NCBI GenBank assembly: GCA_963693365.1
Contig: CAVNZM010000001.1
Location: forward strand, 8,200,907-8,264,906
Reading direction: 5' to 3'
DNA from: Amoebidium appalachense
Taxonomy: Eukaryota > Protista > Ichthyosporea
Length of the DNA stretch: 64,000 nt
The notes under the pieces were generated by a model. The model had not been told where the DNA came from, made no database searches, and saw only the letters and a list, made by a program, of their open reading frames with translations. The number at the start of each line of letters is the position of its first letter. Positions within the stretch are counted from its first letter, which is position 1. Positions 60,211 to 64,000 of this stretch are shown here, piece after piece. Position numbers and translations under genes: made by a program.

Positions 60211-61146
60211 ATTCGCCTGAAATTCCATGAAATTCCAATGGCGCCCTGGGGTTGCGGAAAGAAAAAGAACCAAAAAAAAGAAAGTTGATAAGAAATAGTC
60301 CGTGTGTACCCAAGTATTGTGCATGTGTGTGTGGACACAGGAACGATTAGAAAAGAAAAATAAAAACAATACAGTATAGCTGGTTGGTGTGCGCTGGGCC
60401 ACCGGGTGAATATTTTTTTTTGGGTGGGTGACGCTGTGTGGGATAATAGATAGTTGCCCTACACTGGATGCGAGGGCTGTGATAAAGATGGCTCGGTGCA
60501 TGCCTGTACCTACACCTCGCCTTCAGGTTGCTGAGACCGGGCATTTCCTCACCAATCCCCCCCCCCCCCCTCCTCCTCCCTCCAAATCCGGATCCACCCC
60601 TCCACACAGTGCCACACACACACACACAAACACTTGTACACCAAGGCCATGACCACCACCGGTGGCCATGGTGCACCACCTCCACAGTCATGATTACTTG
60701 CACGTTGGCTGGGCTGCCGCTGTGTTTTGTGTGCGTGTCTGTGTACGCGTACGCCCGAACATGCGTGCGTAAACGGTCCAATATGCATGCACGTGTGCAC
60801 ACGCAGCTGCAGTGAAGCCTGTGAACCCATGTGCACCGTACGGAGGCGAAACCATAAACGGCAGTTATCGTTTACCGTATAAGGTAGTTCCGCAATCGCA
60901 GAAAAAAAACTGATCGGACCTTATCGTATTCGCGATCTCCCGCCCTTTCTTCCAATCCACGTGACAACGGGCTCGAAAAAAGCACCGCGGCCAAGCCACT
61001 TTGGGTCATGATTTTGTGGCCGGCGCCGGCAGAACTCCGTTTCAATTGTACAAACATCAATCACACACCAGCTATAAGTTTGGTGGGGGTTTCATTTTGC
61101 AGTTCTTATTAAAGAATCTCAGCCTCGACAAGGCTTTAGTGTCAAC

Positions 61147-63634
<2,488 letters not shown>

Positions 63635-63725
63635 GTGGGTACAAGGGGTTGTGTGTGTGTGTTGTGTGCGGGAAGGGTGTAAAAAGTGGGTGGATGTATG
63701 GGGGGAGGAGGGGAGGTTCTGTGTG

Positions 63726-63756
<31 letters not shown>

Positions 63757-64000
63757 GGGGGGGAGGGGGGCATTTGCTGGTAATGCATGTGGGTGGGTGT
63801 GGATTGTGTGTTAAAGGAGGGGTAGGAAGGGGAGGAGGGGATAGCAGGAGGGAAGACGGAGAATGTCAAGTTAACAAAGTGGTAGGGGAGGCCTTTTTTT
63901 TCGGGGGGGAGGGGGGGGGGGTTATGGGTTGGGGTCATGGAGGGTTGACGGGGTTTTTGTGGCTTTGGTCAGATGGAAATGGGACGTGGCAGCTAGTAGG

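Overview
Intron-rich eukaryotic genomic DNA. The gene content (His6-type HisA, short animal-type Hen1, cytosolic LeuRS) suggests a non-animal eukaryote, possibly a unicellular opisthokont; this is inference. Introns are saturated with poly-G/poly-C, (CA)n/(GT)n and (GA)n tracts, so most of the supplied ORF track is low-complexity noise. Manual GT-AG splicing gives phase-consistent models for VMP1 (3' part, +), a BTB/POZ-WD40 protein (-), HIS6 (+, 11 exons), a mitochondrial protein with apparently tandem FAM210/DUF1279-like domains (-), HENMT1/Hen1 (-), DLST (+, 13 exons) and the 5' part of LeuRS (+). An intron-poor TPR-like/MYND-finger gene (+) has an unresolved junction. The most notable observations are: (i) a ~150-bp intronic repeat family, 5'-truncated and embedded in poly-C tracts, carrying both halves of a hammerhead-ribozyme-like core; (ii) introns whose ends carry complementary simple repeats and whose acceptors often lack a polypyrimidine tract; (iii) a cryptic micro-exon gene and diverged duplicated non-coding blocks in the 10-kb interval next to Hen1; (iv) many local duplications anchored on poly-G tracts or splice signals. 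Homopolymer lengths may be inflated by long-read assembly.
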